This document shows, one piece after another, positions 39,515 to 52,200 of a stretch of DNA of 64,000 bases; the first letter of the stretch is position 1, and every line of letters begins with the position of its first letter. A program made the position numbers and the translations under genes. Source of the stretch: Cyanophyceae cyanobacterium (GTDB lineage: Bacteria > Cyanobacteriota > Cyanobacteriia > Cyanobacteriales > Laspinemataceae); NCBI GenBank assembly GCA_038321985.1, contig JBBQFN010000016.1, positions 32,001-96,000 of the forward strand, given 5' to 3'. The notes beneath the pieces are model-generated. The model was not told the DNA's origin, did not search any database, and saw nothing but the letters and a program-made list of their open reading frames with translations.

Positions 39515-40228
39515 TTAAACTAAGCGATGCTCGATCGCAAAACGAAGGAGTCCGGCACGGTTGCTGGTTTCTGTTTTTCTCAAGAGAGAGGTAACATATT
39601 TTTCCACGGTGCGTGGACTCAAGTGAAGGCGATCGCCGATTTGTGCGTTAGAAAGCCCCCCGGCCAATAAATCTAAAACATCCCGCTCTCGGGGAGTTAA
39701 AGTAATAGAAACCTCTGGCTCTTGTGCCGTTAACGCAGTCGCTCCAGGATTAAAACTCGGTGGGAGAGAATCAAAGGGGGATTGTGGGGTGAGATGCGGT
39801 TCCGAAGGGGGAGAGGGGGAGTCATCGGAATTAAATCGCCACTGGGACTGAATTAACTGCGATCGCTCCAATAAATTCCGAATCACTGCGCCGAGTTCCT
39901 CCAACTCAAAGGGCTTTGGTAAATACAAATCGCAGCCGAGTTGATAGCCTAAAATCCGTTCTGGGGTACTGGTGCGTGCTGTTAAAAAAATCACCGGCAG
40001 TAACCGTAGCGCGGGCTTTTGGCGGAGGCGTTTCACCAGTTCATGCCCATCCATTGCAGGCATAATGATATCGGTTACCAGTAAGTGAGGTTGGAATTCC
40101 TCCACTTTTAATAGACCCTCTTGACCATTCTGAGCGGCGATCGCAGAGTAACCGCACTGCTCCAAATAATCGCAGATAGACAGACGAATAGCTGGATCGT
40201 CATCAACAATAAGAATCGTCAAGGGCAT
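39515..40228 (-). CDS. NarL/LuxR family DNA-binding response regulator
   Basis: Receiver domain (ILIVDDD, TDIIMP, LTA, YLPKPF) plus LTPRERDVL...GLSNAQIG..LHLSPRTVEKY. Confidence 0.95.
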   Translation of the reverse strand: MPLTILIVDDDPAIRLSICDYLEQCGYSAIAAQNGQEGLLKVEEFQPHLLVTDIIMPAMDGHELVKRLRQKPALRLLPVIFLTARTSTPERILGYQLGCDLYLPKPFELEELGAVIRNLLERSQLIQSQWRFNSDDSPSPPSEPHLTPQSPFDSLPPSFNPGATALTAQEPEVSITLTPRERDVLDLLAGGLSNAQIGDRLHLSPRTVEKYVTSLLRKTETSNRAGLLRFAIEHRLV

Positions 40229-40253
40229 GGGGTCTACAGTGGGAACTGAACGA

Positions 40254-40282
40254 GTATAGACGCTACTCAGTAGCGTCTATAC
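40254..40282. other. perfect 13-bp-stem inverted repeat between pgi and the response regulator
   Basis: GTATAGACGCTAC-tca-GTAGCGTCTATAC. Confidence 0.7.
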
Positions 40283-40323
40283 CTCTAGCGTAGGTTAAAT
40301 TTTAGACTCAGGGCAACTCGCCT

Positions 40324-41910
40324 CTAGCGAGCAGATACGCTTAAGCTAGCAGGTTGTGCCAGATTACCCGAGAGATTGACTTGCCGTCCATTGGTATGGA
40401 GATGACGGAGGATTTTATAAATCATCTCAATGTGACTGGCTGCATCAGCTTTCTGGGCTAAACTCTCTAGGGATAAAGGTTTCCCTTCAGCTTCAACGAC
40501 CTCTAAAATTCGGGTTTGGAGGTTAAGAATCTCGGAAGCTGCCTTTTTACCAGCTTCGACCCCGGGTTGGTGATAGGCATTGACATTCACCAACGAGGCA
40601 TACAACCCAACGGCGCGATCGTACAGGGCAATCAAAGCTCCAACGGTGTGCGGATTGACCTGGGGAATCGTCACTGTGATGGAATCGCGCTGATTGTCAT
40701 AAATCGCTTGACGGGTTCCATACAAAAAGCCCAACAAATAATCTCCCGTTGTGATTCCAGGCTCTACATTAGGGGAATGACCCTGGCGGTCTTCTAAGAC
40801 CTCAATAAACGTTAGGAAGAAATTCGGCACCCCCTCGCGCAGTTGTTGAACGTAGGCGTGCTGATCCGTCGAACCTTTATTTCCGTAAACGGCAATTCCC
40901 TGATAAACGGTATTCCCTGCTAAGTCTTTCTCCTTACCCAGGGATTCCATGACCAACTGTTGCAGATAGCGGCTAAACAGCAACAGGCTATCTTTATAAG
41001 GGAGCACGACCATATCTTTTTCCCCGCGTCCGTTGCCGGCAAAGTACCAGGAGAGGGCTAGCAGGGCGGCTGGATTGCTCTTGAGGTCCGCTTGGCGAGT
41101 CGCCTCATCCATTTCTTTGGCCCCAGCCAGCATACCACGAATATCAATGCCCTGCAAAGCAGCGGGCACTAAACCCACCCCTGAAAGTTCTGAGGTGCGA
41201 CCCCCTACCCAGTCATGCATGGGGAATATGTCAATCCAGCTTTCCTGTTGGGCTTGTTTTTCTAGGGCGCTGTCATGGCCGGTAATCGCAACGGCATGGT
41301 TGGAAAAGTTGAGGTTCATGCTTTCAAAGGCTTTTTGGACCTCAATCATGCCGTTGCGGGTGTCTGGGGTGGTGCCGGATTTGGAGATGACCAAGACTAA
41401 GGTTGTCGCCAGACGGTCTTTGATTTGATTTAACAATGCATCGATCCCTGCCGGGTCGGTATTGTCAATGAAGTGAATCCCCAGGGGTGCAGACTCGGGG
41501 GCCAGGGCTGTAGAGACAAATTGGGGTCCGAGGGCAGATCCGCCAATGCCGATGGAGAGAATATCTGTAAATTTGGAGGCGGTTGAGGGATGGATCGTCC
41601 CGTTATGAACTTTTTGGGCAAAGTCCTCGATATGGCTGAGGTTTTCGAGGATTTCTTGTTTGAGTTCTGGGGTGGGTGCAATCTCCGGGTCTCGTAACCA
41701 ATAGTGGCCTACCATCCGGCCTTCGTCAGGATTGGCGACTGCCCCGGCTTCTAGGGCCTTCATATCTTCAAAGGCTTGAGCAAACTTAGGTTTCATCGAT
41801 TCGACGAAGGCATCATCGAACCGCATTCGACTGATATCAAGGTACAGTCCTAGCCCTTCATGATAATAGAGCCAGTCCTGATATCTTTTCCATAGTGCCG
41901 CAGCATCCAT
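40324..41910 (-). CDS. pgi: glucose-6-phosphate isomerase
   Basis: [34 protein letters not shown] and QPGVEAGK. Confidence 0.97.
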   Translation of the reverse strand: MDAAALWKRYQDWLYYHEGLGLYLDISRMRFDDAFVESMKPKFAQAFEDMKALEAGAVANPDEGRMVGHYWLRDPEIAPTPELKQEILENLSHIEDFAQKVHNGTIHPSTASKFTDILSIGIGGSALGPQFVSTALAPESAPLGIHFIDNTDPAGIDALLNQIKDRLATTLVLVISKSGTTPDTRNGMIEVQKAFESMNLNFSNHAVAITGHDSALEKQAQQESWIDIFPMHDWVGGRTSELSGVGLVPAALQGIDIRGMLAGAKEMDEATRQADLKSNPAALLALSWYFAGNGRGEKDMVVLPYKDSLLLFSRYLQQLVMESLGKEKDLAGNTVYQGIAVYGNKGSTDQHAYVQQLREGVPNFFLTFIEVLEDRQGHSPNVEPGITTGDYLLGFLYGTRQAIYDNQRDSITVTIPQVNPHTVGALIALYDRAVGLYASLVNVNAYHQPGVEAGKKAASEILNLQTRILEVVEAEGKPLSLESLAQKADAASHIEMIYKILRHLHTNGRQVNLSGNLAQPASLSVSAR

Positions 41911-42058
41911 AACAACTCTCTACTTATCTTTGTTTCACCACACACAAGTGTACCGATATCGGTTGAATGAGACTAAGGGTGCGGATACAATTAGACGGTT
42001 TCAGGGGTTAATCCGAGATGAAATGGTGGCAAATTGCTGGAAACCTCAGAATTAATAC

Positions 42059-42325
42059 TTATGGCTGGTTGGTATCTGGCCGGGGTAGAATCCGTAAAAA
42101 CTTGACAAAATGACCAATTACCTGTATAGCAATCAAATAATCATCCAGCCTAAACCGATAAAAAATGGGATGAGATCCAAGTTGGTGTAACTCCGGCAAC
42201 TCTTGGATCCGTTCGATCTGCATAAATTTGAAAAAGACAAATTCGTAAACCCGCTCGAAACTAGCTCGGTCTAACTGCCGAAGATCGAGAAGGAAAGACC
42301 GACTATAGCGTGCTTCAAGAATCAC
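42059..42325 (-). CDS. RelE/ParE-like toxin homolog
   Basis: 88 aa with YSRSFLLDLRQL...FYRFRLDDYLI..V...V.FLRIL pattern. Confidence 0.65.
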   Translation of the reverse strand: MILEARYSRSFLLDLRQLDRASFERVYEFVFFKFMQIERIQELPELHQLGSHPIFYRFRLDDYLIAIQVIGHFVKFLRILPRPDTNQP

Positions 42326-42385
42326 AGGACAGGTAATTTCCCCCGGAGTCTAACGGTTGAGTTGAAGATAGGTTTGAGAGGACCC

Positions 42386-42604
42386 TCACAGCGATCGCAA
42401 AAATCGTAAGGCTTCTTCGCGGGTGAAGCTATCCCCAGGTTTAAGGCTGCGGTGAGCTTGCTGAATGAAACGAAGCACATACAGATCGTAATAAAGACTT
42501 TCTACCACAGCGCCGACCTGTTGCAAATCTTCATCAGAAAGCAACTCTACTTCCTCATAGAGTTGAACCAGCAAACTTCTAACTTTTGTTTTGAGTAGCT
42601 TCAT
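42386..42604 (-). CDS. small hypothetical protein, putative antitoxin-like partner
   Basis: 72 aa from the ATG at 42604 (GGAGGTG RBS), ending in GDSFTREEALRFL; directly upstream of the RelE-like gene. Confidence 0.6.
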   Translation of the reverse strand: MKLLKTKVRSLLVQLYEEVELLSDEDLQQVGAVVESLYYDLYVLRFIQQAHRSLKPGDSFTREEALRFLRSL

Positions 42605-42683
42605 GAACACCTCCAAGGTTTGAATCTGGGATTTTTGTCAGTGTAGCTGACTGCGCTCAATTTCCAGCAGCCCCTACATCCAA

Positions 42684-45600
42684 TTAATTCAACGGGGGCA
42701 AGCTCAAATCTTCCACCGGACGAATAATCGGGGCAGCCGGTTCTTCTTCCTGAAAGATAGCATTCAGAGCTAGTTCTAGGGTTTCGGCCATGACAATTCG
42801 GTTTTCATAGGCGACAATCACCCGGGCTAAAATGGGTAAACTATTTTGTTCCGCCTCAATGTAAAGGGGTTCGACATAGAGCAGCGATCGCTCAATGGGA
42901 ATCACCAACAAATTTCCCTGAATCGCTCGCGACCCTTGGCGATTCCATAAAGAAATCTGCTGAGAAATTACCGGGTCTTGGTTAATTCTGGCTTCAATTT
43001 GCTCGGGACCATAAACTAGCTGTTGCTTCGGGAACTGGTACAGCAGTAAATTCCCATAATGAATCCCGTCTGATCGCCCTCCCATCCAGGCAATCAAATT
43101 GTTTCGACTCATTGGAGTAAACGGGTGCAACAAAATAAATTCTTCCGAGACTTCTGTGGGCAATTTCATAATCAAATAGTAAGGCTCGACCACTTGTTGC
43201 TCGGTGCCATAGATTTCATTAGGAACTCGCCATTGATCTTCCCGATTATAAAAAACTGTGGGATCGGTCATGTGGTAGGTCAGCAGTCGTTCCGATTGTA
43301 CCTTGAAAAAATCCGGGGGATATCGGATATGGCTACGGAGGGCTACCGGCATAGAGTCTAGGGGTTGGAGGAAATTGGGAAAAATCTCTTCCCACGTGTG
43401 GACGATGGGGTCGGAGGGGTCGGCTATGTAAAGTTTAACTTTACCATTGTAGGCATCTACCACAACTTTTACGGAGTTGCGAATGTAGTTAATTTTCTCA
43501 GAAGTAGGCTCAGAATAGGGATAGCGATCGCTAATGGTATAGGCATCGATTATCCAGTACAGGTAATTATCATCGTCCGGAAATGGTTGCTCCGAGGGAG
43601 TGGTTCCCAATTCATATAAACGGGTATTGGCAACGACCAGATAGGGGTCGCTATCAAATTCTAAAAAGGGAGCGATCGCCCGAATTCGGTCCTTAATATT
43701 GCGTCGAAATAAGACTCGAGTATCCGGGGTAAAATTATCTGTGAACAACATCTGCCAGTTGTTCAAATATTTAGCAAAGATTAACCGATGCCACCACGAG
43801 CCAATCGACACCCCCCCGGTTCCATCATAAGTGTTGTAAACATTTTCATCACCCTGGGGATAATCTAACTCCGGGACATTACTCGGCACCATCACCTCAG
43901 TATCGCTGAGTTCCCCATAGTAAATCCGGGGATGTCCGATAGGAATGCTGGCGCGAATCAGTTCGTTTGCCGTCCCTAATGTTCCATCAGTGACGGTTTC
44001 GCGAACCGTTGGACTTTCCATTCCAATATCGCGAACGAAGTAGTCCGGCAACCCCCCTGGACCTACCGTATTGACAGGGCTTAAGGTAAACCCATAACCG
44101 TGGGTATAAACTAAGTGTTCGTTGACCCAAGTTTGAGCTTCCGCAGGAACGGCGCTATAGTCAAGTTCCCGGGCGCTGATCAGGACCTGTTGACGTTCGG
44201 TGGTCGATTCGTCCCCGGGTAAAACGGTTTTTCTGAGGGTGTAACGGTCAATGTCCGCATCTGGGAACTTGTAGTACAGCCGAATTTGCTGGAGTTGGCG
44301 ATTGGTTTGCAGCAGAGGCCTTGTATCCCAGAGTCGGATATTATTAATCGTGAGGTCATTGGCGAGGAGATCCTCAACGGTCAGGGCATTTTCCGGGTTG
44401 AAGAGTTGAACATCAATGCGATCTAGATCAAAACCGGCCCTTGTGAAGGCGATACTACGCTCGATGTAAGGCCGTTCCCGTTCGATTTCGTTCGGTTGTA
44501 CGATTAAGCGTTGCACGGCGAAAGGGAGGAGATATCCGGCGATCGCCACCATTACGAAATATAAGCCCAAGGATTGCTTAACCCGTTGAAAGTGGTGTTG
44601 TTGCGGTTGACGAACTCTGAGGGTTAGATAGAGTAGAAAAAGGGCGATCGCCCCGGACAATAGACTCAACCCCCCGTATATCCACACCTCTAAATTGGCC
44701 TGGGTATAACCTGCACCATAAATCACATTTTTGGGAGAATAGAGCAATTCATAGCGCAGTAACCAATAGCGCAGGCCGATCGCCCCCATAAGGGCTGCAC
44801 CCAGTCCATATAAGTGGCGCAATTGCGGATCAGAAAATCCAGGAAATGTGCCTTCGCTGATACTATTGCCCGAGACTAAATAGAGGATAGTGACTGAGGC
44901 GAAGAGGAAAACAAGCACCCCCAGCAGCCAAAATTCTAGCAGTTCCCAAATTGGCAAGTTAAAAATATAAAAGCTAATATCTCGGTTAAAAACAGGGTCG
45001 GTAATATTAAAAGCGGTGGGGTGGAAAAAGACTAGCACTTTTGCCCATTGGCCGGAGAGGACTAAGCCAAAGAAAATGCTGAATAGGGCGGCGATCGCAT
45101 ACAGGATTCGAGGTGCTAAAACGATGACCACGGTAAACAGTAACAATAGGGCGATTTGCCACCAGTCTGTGGTCATTTGCTGTAACATTTCCTGGCTTGA
45201 GTTCAGTCCAAATCCCAAGGGGACCGAGGGAGAATTTAAAAGTAACCAGGAACCTGGATGCCAATAATCCACCACCACCTGAGCATAATAAACTAGCAGG
45301 CTGGCGATCGCCAGGGCTAGGAGGATGACCAAGGCGAGTAGGGATTCTAAGTTAACGGAGGTATAGGAATTGAGGGGAGCAGTTTTTTTAAGATTTGCCA
45401 GGGGATAGCTAATATGGCGTTTCCAGCGATCGCGCCCTCCGGGAGGTTCTGTCAGTCCCTGGCTGAGTAAATCTAACTTGCCGAATTTCAGGCGATTGGC
45501 TACGAAGAGATTGCCGAAGGCTAAGGTTCCAGTGATTCCCAGTCCTAGAATAAGCAGGATTAAGCGGGTGAAGAGGCGCACCCAAAAGACTCGTTCATAG

Positions 45601-45719
45601 CCGAGTTCGTGAAACCAAAAACTTTCGGCACTCAAAAAAGCAAAGAGTTCGATTCCCATCCATAGACCAGCGACTGCTATGATCCATCGAAAGGCGTATT
45701 TTCCTAACCCTTTAAGCAT
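42684..45719 (-). CDS. UPF0182 family membrane protein
   Basis: WFHELGY..VF, DPVFNRDISFY, NIRLWD, HLVYTHGYG, NYIRNSVK and GNLLVIP...LLYVEPLY. Confidence 0.93.
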   Translation of the reverse strand: MLKGLGKYAFRWIIAVAGLWMGIELFAFLSAESFWFHELGYERVFWVRLFTRLILLILGLGITGTLAFGNLFVANRLKFGKLDLLSQGLTEPPGGRDRWKRHISYPLANLKKTAPLNSYTSVNLESLLALVILLALAIASLLVYYAQVVVDYWHPGSWLLLNSPSVPLGFGLNSSQEMLQQMTTDWWQIALLLLFTVVIVLAPRILYAIAALFSIFFGLVLSGQWAKVLVFFHPTAFNITDPVFNRDISFYIFNLPIWELLEFWLLGVLVFLFASVTILYLVSGNSISEGTFPGFSDPQLRHLYGLGAALMGAIGLRYWLLRYELLYSPKNVIYGAGYTQANLEVWIYGGLSLLSGAIALFLLYLTLRVRQPQQHHFQRVKQSLGLYFVMVAIAGYLLPFAVQRLIVQPNEIERERPYIERSIAFTRAGFDLDRIDVQLFNPENALTVEDLLANDLTINNIRLWDTRPLLQTNRQLQQIRLYYKFPDADIDRYTLRKTVLPGDESTTERQQVLISARELDYSAVPAEAQTWVNEHLVYTHGYGFTLSPVNTVGPGGLPDYFVRDIGMESPTVRETVTDGTLGTANELIRASIPIGHPRIYYGELSDTEVMVPSNVPELDYPQGDENVYNTYDGTGGVSIGSWWHRLIFAKYLNNWQMLFTDNFTPDTRVLFRRNIKDRIRAIAPFLEFDSDPYLVVANTRLYELGTTPSEQPFPDDDNYLYWIIDAYTISDRYPYSEPTSEKINYIRNSVKVVVDAYNGKVKLYIADPSDPIVHTWEEIFPNFLQPLDSMPVALRSHIRYPPDFFKVQSERLLTYHMTDPTVFYNREDQWRVPNEIYGTEQQVVEPYYLIMKLPTEVSEEFILLHPFTPMSRNNLIAWMGGRSDGIHYGNLLLYQFPKQQLVYGPEQIEARINQDPVISQQISLWNRQGSRAIQGNLLVIPIERSLLYVEPLYIEAEQNSLPILARVIVAYENRIVMAETLELALNAIFQEEEPAAPIIRPVEDLSLPPLN

Positions 45720-46036
45720 GAATTTTAGAGTTTAGAGTTTAAATTTTAGGTGTTGCTTTTATTGTAGAGCGATTGCTGTTTAAATGACAGTCAGTCCTGA
45801 GTTATAGGCAATTAATTTACATAAACCTTATATAAAATTAAGCCCCAGTCAAATTCCATTTTCCCCTGAAAAAAGCGGCTGACCGGGTTTACAAAGGGAT
45901 ATTTTCAGCTTTTGACGCTCTAGATTCTGAACTTCTATATGTATTTTATTATATTAAATTTATATGCAATTTAGATGAATGAGCCACTCCCGGGGGAGGA
46001 CGCGACTATCCCGGAGCCAGACTCGATCAATGAGCA

Positions 46037-46061
46037 AGGGCGCACACGGTGCGCCCCTAAC
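46037..46061. repeat. REP-like palindrome after hemA
   Basis: GGGCGCAC-acg-GTGCGCCC(CTAAC). Confidence 0.5.
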
Positions 46062-46098
46062 CGGACAGGGGAAATGAGAATCAGCCCGTTGGAGTTCC

Positions 46099-47397
46099 CT
46101 AGCTGTACTGTTCGCCCGATCGCGCTTCTGTTTCCAGATTAAACAGTAATCGTAGAGTTTCCATCGCTTGCCGACGAGCCTCAATATCTTGCTGCGCCCG
46201 CAGTTGTACCATGGGGTCATGCAAAATTTTATTAACAATCCCTCGGGTGAGTGCCTCGATTACTTCTTGATGTTTTTCGGCAAATTCCGACCCTAAACGA
46301 GACAGGGCTTTTTCTAGTTCCTGTTCGCGAATGGTTTCGATTTTATCCCGTAAACAGCTAATTGTTGGCACCGTTTCCAAACTGCGCCACCAGACATCAA
46401 AGGCTTCGACTTCTTCTTCCAGTAATCCCTCAGCTTCCATCGCCATTTGACGACGGCTTTCTTGGTTTTGAGCGACCACTGCTTTCAAGTCATCCACATT
46501 AAATGAATGGACGTTGGAGAGGGTATTGACATCAGAATCCACATTACGCGGCACCGAAATATCAATCAGCATCATCGAACAATTTGGATTTAAAATTGCT
46601 TCGAGTTTGGACCGATTTAAGATAGGTTCGGTAGCAGAGGTACTGGTAAAAACAATATCTGTTTCAGCAATTACGCTCATCATGTCTGATATCAGATGCA
46701 GTTTCAATTCCGCATCTGGGAAATGGGCGGCTAGTTCTTCTGCCCGACGTAACGTGCGATTGAGAATCGTGATTTGAGTAGCACCTTTTGAGAGTAAATG
46801 TTGAACCAAGAGTTTCGACATTTTCCCGGCCCCGAGAATCGCAATGCGATAAGGGGCAAGGTTTTGCACTTTAATTTGAGCGAGTTCTACGGCTGCGGAA
46901 CTGATAGAAACCGCACCTGTACCGATGCTGGTTTCAGTGCGGACCCGCTTGCCTGCGGTAATTGCCTGTTTGAGGAGACGATTGAGAATGCGCCCGACCC
47001 CATTATGTTGCTGACCCAGTTTGTGAGTGTTTTTAACTTGGGCTAAAATTTGGCCTTCTCCGAGGACCAAGCTATCTAATCCGGCGGAAACCCGCATCAG
47101 ATGCATAACCGCATCTTCTTGTAACAAAATAAACAGATGTTGCCGTAACTTATGAAGGTTGAGTTGGCCTCGTTCCGAGAGAAACTGGATAGCTTCCCGA
47201 ACGCCGGAGTCGGTTTCACCCGTTACGATATAAATTTCTAAGCGGTTACAAGTGCTGAGAATCGCTACTTCTAGAATATTAGGATAGCTACATAAATGAG
47301 CGATCGCCTCTTTAATCTGGGGTTCGGGAATACTCAGCTTTTCTCGAATTTCTACGGGTGCCGTCTTATGGCTAAGACCTACGACTGCAATATTCAT
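46099..47397 (-). CDS. hemA: glutamyl-tRNA reductase
   Basis: [41 protein letters not shown] and DISVPRN. Confidence 0.98.
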   Translation of the reverse strand: MNIAVVGLSHKTAPVEIREKLSIPEPQIKEAIAHLCSYPNILEVAILSTCNRLEIYIVTGETDSGVREAIQFLSERGQLNLHKLRQHLFILLQEDAVMHLMRVSAGLDSLVLGEGQILAQVKNTHKLGQQHNGVGRILNRLLKQAITAGKRVRTETSIGTGAVSISSAAVELAQIKVQNLAPYRIAILGAGKMSKLLVQHLLSKGATQITILNRTLRRAEELAAHFPDAELKLHLISDMMSVIAETDIVFTSTSATEPILNRSKLEAILNPNCSMMLIDISVPRNVDSDVNTLSNVHSFNVDDLKAVVAQNQESRRQMAMEAEGLLEEEVEAFDVWWRSLETVPTISCLRDKIETIREQELEKALSRLGSEFAEKHQEVIEALTRGIVNKILHDPMVQLRAQQDIEARRQAMETLRLLFNLETEARSGEQYS

Positions 47398-47768
47398 TGT
47401 TTCTCCCTGGATTTTTAGTCGTTTACGCCCTCTTGAGTGTTGAAAAGCGTATCGATGAGATTTTATCTCTGGCGAATTGAATTAATCGGGTTGTCTTTAT
47501 TTTTATCCTAACTGAAACCCGGGTGGGTAAGCGTAATACTTGGGGATTTCCCCAGGTGAGGACGCTGGGTCAAGGGGCGATCGCGGGTTGGGGAAGGAGA
47601 GGGAGGGAGCGGACTTTAGACGGGTCCGCACCACCGGCAGAAGGACTCACCTAGGCGATCGCCAAGGGAGAGAGTCCGCTGATTAACCAGCAAGATTCTA
47701 GCCCCTGTAACATCACCGTTGTGAGGTCAACCTTCTTCCGTTCCTTCCTTAACCGCGCCGAGTCTCTC

Positions 47769-48806
47769 TTAGCGCAATTGTAGGCTCTTCGGAGTGTCGT
47801 TCATATGAATGGTATCGACAAAGCGAGCGGTACTCGACTGGCTAGAAATAACCAAGCTGTGAGTGCGAGCGCCGCCTTTGAAGAAGCGAACCCCTTGCAT
47901 TAACGTACCTGGAGTAATTCCAGATGCGGCAAACAGAACCGTTTCCCCAGAAGCTAATTCTTCGGCGTTGTAAACGCGATCGGGGTCGGTGATGCCCATT
48001 TCGTTCAAACGAGCGATGTTGCTTTCCTTGCTTTCGCCAATCAGCCCAGTTTTCACGACTTCAGGATCGTAGATTAGCTGACCTTGGAAGTGACCGCCTA
48101 AACAGCGCATTGCAGCAGCAGAGATGACGCCTTCAGGAGCCGCTCCGATACCCATCAGTGCGTGAATGTTGGTTCCAGAAAACGCGCAAGAAATAGCGGC
48201 AGAGACATCTCCATCGCTGATCAGACGTACTCGGGCTCCGGCTGCACGGATTTCTTCGATTAAGGCTTTGTGACGGGGACGATCCATCACCACCACGACC
48301 AATTCCTCAATGGAGCGACTCATGCAGTCCGAGAGGATTTTCAGGTTTTCGGTGGCAGATTTATTGATGTCCACATGATTTTTGGCGCAGGCGGGGGCGG
48401 CTAACTTCTTCATGTAGAAGTCAGGAGCGCGGAACAGGCCACCTTTTTCAGCAATGGCGAGAACCGCCATCGAACCGTTTTGTCCGTAAGCGACCAAATT
48501 GGTGCCTTCACAGGGGTCAACGGCGATATCAATTTCGATCAGTTGTTGGGGGTCGCAGAAGTCCTTGGCATTCTCTTGTGTGCAGATGCCGACTTCTTCC
48601 CCGATGTACAACATAGGAGCTTCATCGCGCTCGCCTTCCCCGATCACGATTCTGCCCCGCATATGAATCCGGTTCATGCGTTCGCGCATCGCTTCTACCG
48701 CTACATGGTCAGCGGTATTTTTGTCGCCTTTACCCATCCAACGAGCCGAAGCGATCGCAGCTTGTTCGACGACTTCAATAATCTCTAAACCGATTACACT
48801 ATCCAC
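47769..48806 (-). CDS. glpX: fructose-1,6-/sedoheptulose-1,7-bisphosphatase (class II)
   Basis: [30 protein letters not shown] and GIGAAPEGV. Confidence 0.97.
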   Translation of the reverse strand: MDSVIGLEIIEVVEQAAIASARWMGKGDKNTADHVAVEAMRERMNRIHMRGRIVIGEGERDEAPMLYIGEEVGICTQENAKDFCDPQQLIEIDIAVDPCEGTNLVAYGQNGSMAVLAIAEKGGLFRAPDFYMKKLAAPACAKNHVDINKSATENLKILSDCMSRSIEELVVVVMDRPRHKALIEEIRAAGARVRLISDGDVSAAISCAFSGTNIHALMGIGAAPEGVISAAAMRCLGGHFQGQLIYDPEVVKTGLIGESKESNIARLNEMGITDPDRVYNAEELASGETVLFAASGITPGTLMQGVRFFKGGARTHSLVISSQSSTARFVDTIHMNDTPKSLQLR

Positions 48807-49213
48807 GGAATTTTCCTCCCAACTGCCTTCGGGCAGCCTTTTCTCTGGCTACAACCGTCTAAAAGTCTATCAGAGGACGGATACCCTTAGCGATCGCTAT
48901 CCACTCAGTTTTTGTTAAGTTTTGCTGCTAGGTCGGCTCAAGGGGGTGACTCGCCTGAGTATCCGTGAGATTTTAACAACAATAGAGCGGGCAATTGTCC
49001 CGTCCCTAAGCGGTCTAAGTTGAGGAATCGCCAGCAGTGGGTAACCTGGGAGGGGTAGGGCGGACAAATGTCTGGACTCCGTGGCAGGGGCCGGGAAAAT
49101 CACGGGCTTTAAATTATCGGCTATGATAACCCAGCACGATAGATTCCCACCGGACACCAAGCGCTACCCTTGCTCAATCGTGCTTCTGTGGTCTGATTTA
49201 AAACACTTTTACG

Positions 49214-52200
49214 ATGCAAAACAACATGGATGTCGAGGGGTTAGAAATCGAATTGAGATCGGGACTAGATCCGTCTAGTCTGGTGGATGCCTCTGGAGTC
49301 TGGCCTTTGTCCAATCAGGCGGCGGGCACCGGGTTCGATCCCGAATTTTATTTGAAGGCTTATCCAGATGTAGCGGAGGCGGTTCGCACGGGAGGGTTTG
49401 AGAGTGGGTGGGAACATTGGCTGCTGTATGGTCAGCAGGAAGGTCGGTTGTCCCTGCCGGAAGCCTTGTCCCCGGAGGATTCTCCCTTAGACCCCTTGAT
49501 TGGGGAAGTAGCCCCAAATTTAGGGCAGTTACCCTTAAGTTTTATTCCCAATGCCGGCCAATTTGACCCGGAGGTGAATTTCTCCGTCCGAGGGGCATCT
49601 CATGGAATTTTCTTTACTCCCGAGGAGGTGGTGCTCACGGCAGCGGCCCAACCGGACCCAGAATCCGATGAGTTGCTATCCTCGGTGGTGCGCCTGGACT
49701 TTGTAGGGGCGAATGCGAATCCGGTGATAGAAGGGATAGAACCTTTGCCGGGACAGGCGAATTTCATTTCAGGTTCCGATGGGTCGAGTTGGTCGGGGAA
49801 TGTTCCTACCTACCAAGGAATTGCCTATCGTGAGCTTTATGATGGGATTGATTTGGTCTATCGCGGCACTGAAGGGGTTTTAAAGCGGGAATTTGTGGTA
49901 GACCCGGGTGTAGACCCGGGACAAATTCGCCTTGACTATAGCGGAATTGAGGCAGTCGCCCTACGGGAGGGGGCGCTGGTGTTAGAAACGTCTTTGGGTG
50001 AGTTAATCGAGGCGGCACCCATCATTTACCAGGAAATCGAAGGCGATCGCATTTCGGTTTCCGGTGGGTATGAATTGCTCGGTTCGGGCCAAGTTGGATT
50101 TGATTTAGGACCCTATGACCCCAACTATGCCTTGATTATTGACCCGACTCTGCAATATTCCAGCTATTTAGGCGGGACTTTGCAAGATCAAGGAGATGCG
50201 ATCGCCCTGGATGCACAAGGGAATATTTATGTCGCAGGGCGAACTATCTCCACGGACTTTCCCACCCGGATTCCGTTACAAGCAACCATCAGCAATCCGG
50301 GTTCCTTTAAGTTTGATGCCTTTGTTACGAAGATTTCTCCTGATGGGACCAGCGCTTTCTACTCGACTTATTTAGGGGGCCTGGAAAATGACCGCGCCTT
50401 AGATGTGGCCGTAGACAGTCGCGGCAGTGTCTTCGTGGTCGGAGAAACGGCTTCGGATAATTTCCCGGTGACGATCGCCTCGGCACAACGAGCGTTTAAT
50501 GGCGAAGTGGATGGCTTTATTCTCAAGCTGACTCCCAATGGTGGATTTGTCGAATCCGGTACCTATTTTGGGGGGAGTGGCTTTGATTCAGTTAATAGTA
50601 TTACCCTCGATAGTGGGGGGAATTACTATGTGACCGGACAAACCTTTTCGCCCAATTTTCCCATGGTGAATGCGGTACAAAATACCATTGGCGGGAATGG
50701 TTCGGATGTGTTTGTAGCAAAGTTTAACCCCGTGGGAGGGCTGCTTTATTCGACGTTCTTGGGAGGATTTGGGAACGAAGTTGGACGGGCGATCGCCGTG
50801 GATGCTAACCTGAATATGTATATTACGGGACAGACAAACACGGATAACTTTCCCCTAGCTGCCGAGTTCCAGCGCCGGTATCGAGGCGGTGGTGATGCGT
50901 TTGTCACAAAAATTAGTAGTGATGGCAGCCAGTTAATTTATTCCACCTATTTAGGGGGACGAGATAGCGATATTGGGAATGCGATCGCTGTGGATGCTGC
51001 GGGTCACGTTTATATTGCCGGAAGTACCGGCGTTCCCCGGCAAGCCCAACTGGGGGCCGTGATTCCCTTGGGGGATTTCCCCACCCTTAATCCGATTCAA
51101 GCCCAGTTAAATGGTTTATCCTCCGCGTTTGTAAGCAAGGTGGCACCGGATGGTAAAAGTTTGATTTATTCCACCTTCCTCGGTGGCAGTGGGTTTGAAG
51201 AGGGAAATGATATGGCGATTGACAATCGCGGAAATGTTTATTTAACGGGACAAACCACCTCTTCAGATTTACCCACGGTTACTCCAATTCAGCCGGGATT
51301 TGGGGGAAACGGGGATGCGTTTGTGGGTAAAATTCTGGCCGACGGGACAACCATCGATTACTTGACCTATTTAGGAGGAAGTGGGTTTGAGTCGGGGAAT
51401 GCCATTGCTGTCAATCCGGCGGGAACTGCATTTGTTACGGGTCAAAGCGCATCGGCGAATTTCTCCACGGTAAATCCGCTACCGAATTCCGCCGGGGGGG
51501 TCCAAGGGGATGCCTTTGTGGTGGCAGTCGCCCAACCGATTTCCCCCACGCAGCCGGTGGTTGCCCCTGTAGGGACGCCTCTTCCCGATGGTCCCGGTGC
51601 TTTACCCGGTCCCGGAGGTGCCGAACCACTTCCCCCTCCTGCCGGACCCACGGAACCGCCAGCGCCACCCCCACCGCCACCACGTTTTGAAAACTTCATT
51701 CAGTCACTAACGGAGAGAGGTCTCAACCCCCTGAGCTTATATTTTAATGAGGGGGGGTATTTAGCGCAAAATCCAGCGGTAGCTGAAGCGGTGGCTACTG
51801 GAGAGTTAACCAGTGGGTTGCAACATTACCTCCTGTTTGGCCGCGCTGAGGGACGTCCCGCAGCGACACAGTTTTTCGATGAAGGGCAGTATCTAGCCCG
51901 AAATTCTGATGTGGCAGTGGCAGTGGGTACGGGACAGGTGGCGAGTGGATTTGAGCATTTCGTGCAGACGGGATTTTTTGAAGGGCGCGATCGCAATGTG
52001 AAGCTGTTTTTAGAAAGCTTTTATCTGCGCCAAAATCCTGATGTAGCTGACGCCGTGGCATCGGGGATTTTTAGCAGTGGTTATAGTCACTATCTCCAGT
52101 CCGGGCAATTTGAGCGCCGCAATCCTAACCCAGTCTTTGACGAAACGTTTTATCTGGGTCAAAATCCTGACGTAGCTGCGATCGTAGCTGCCGGGGGCTT

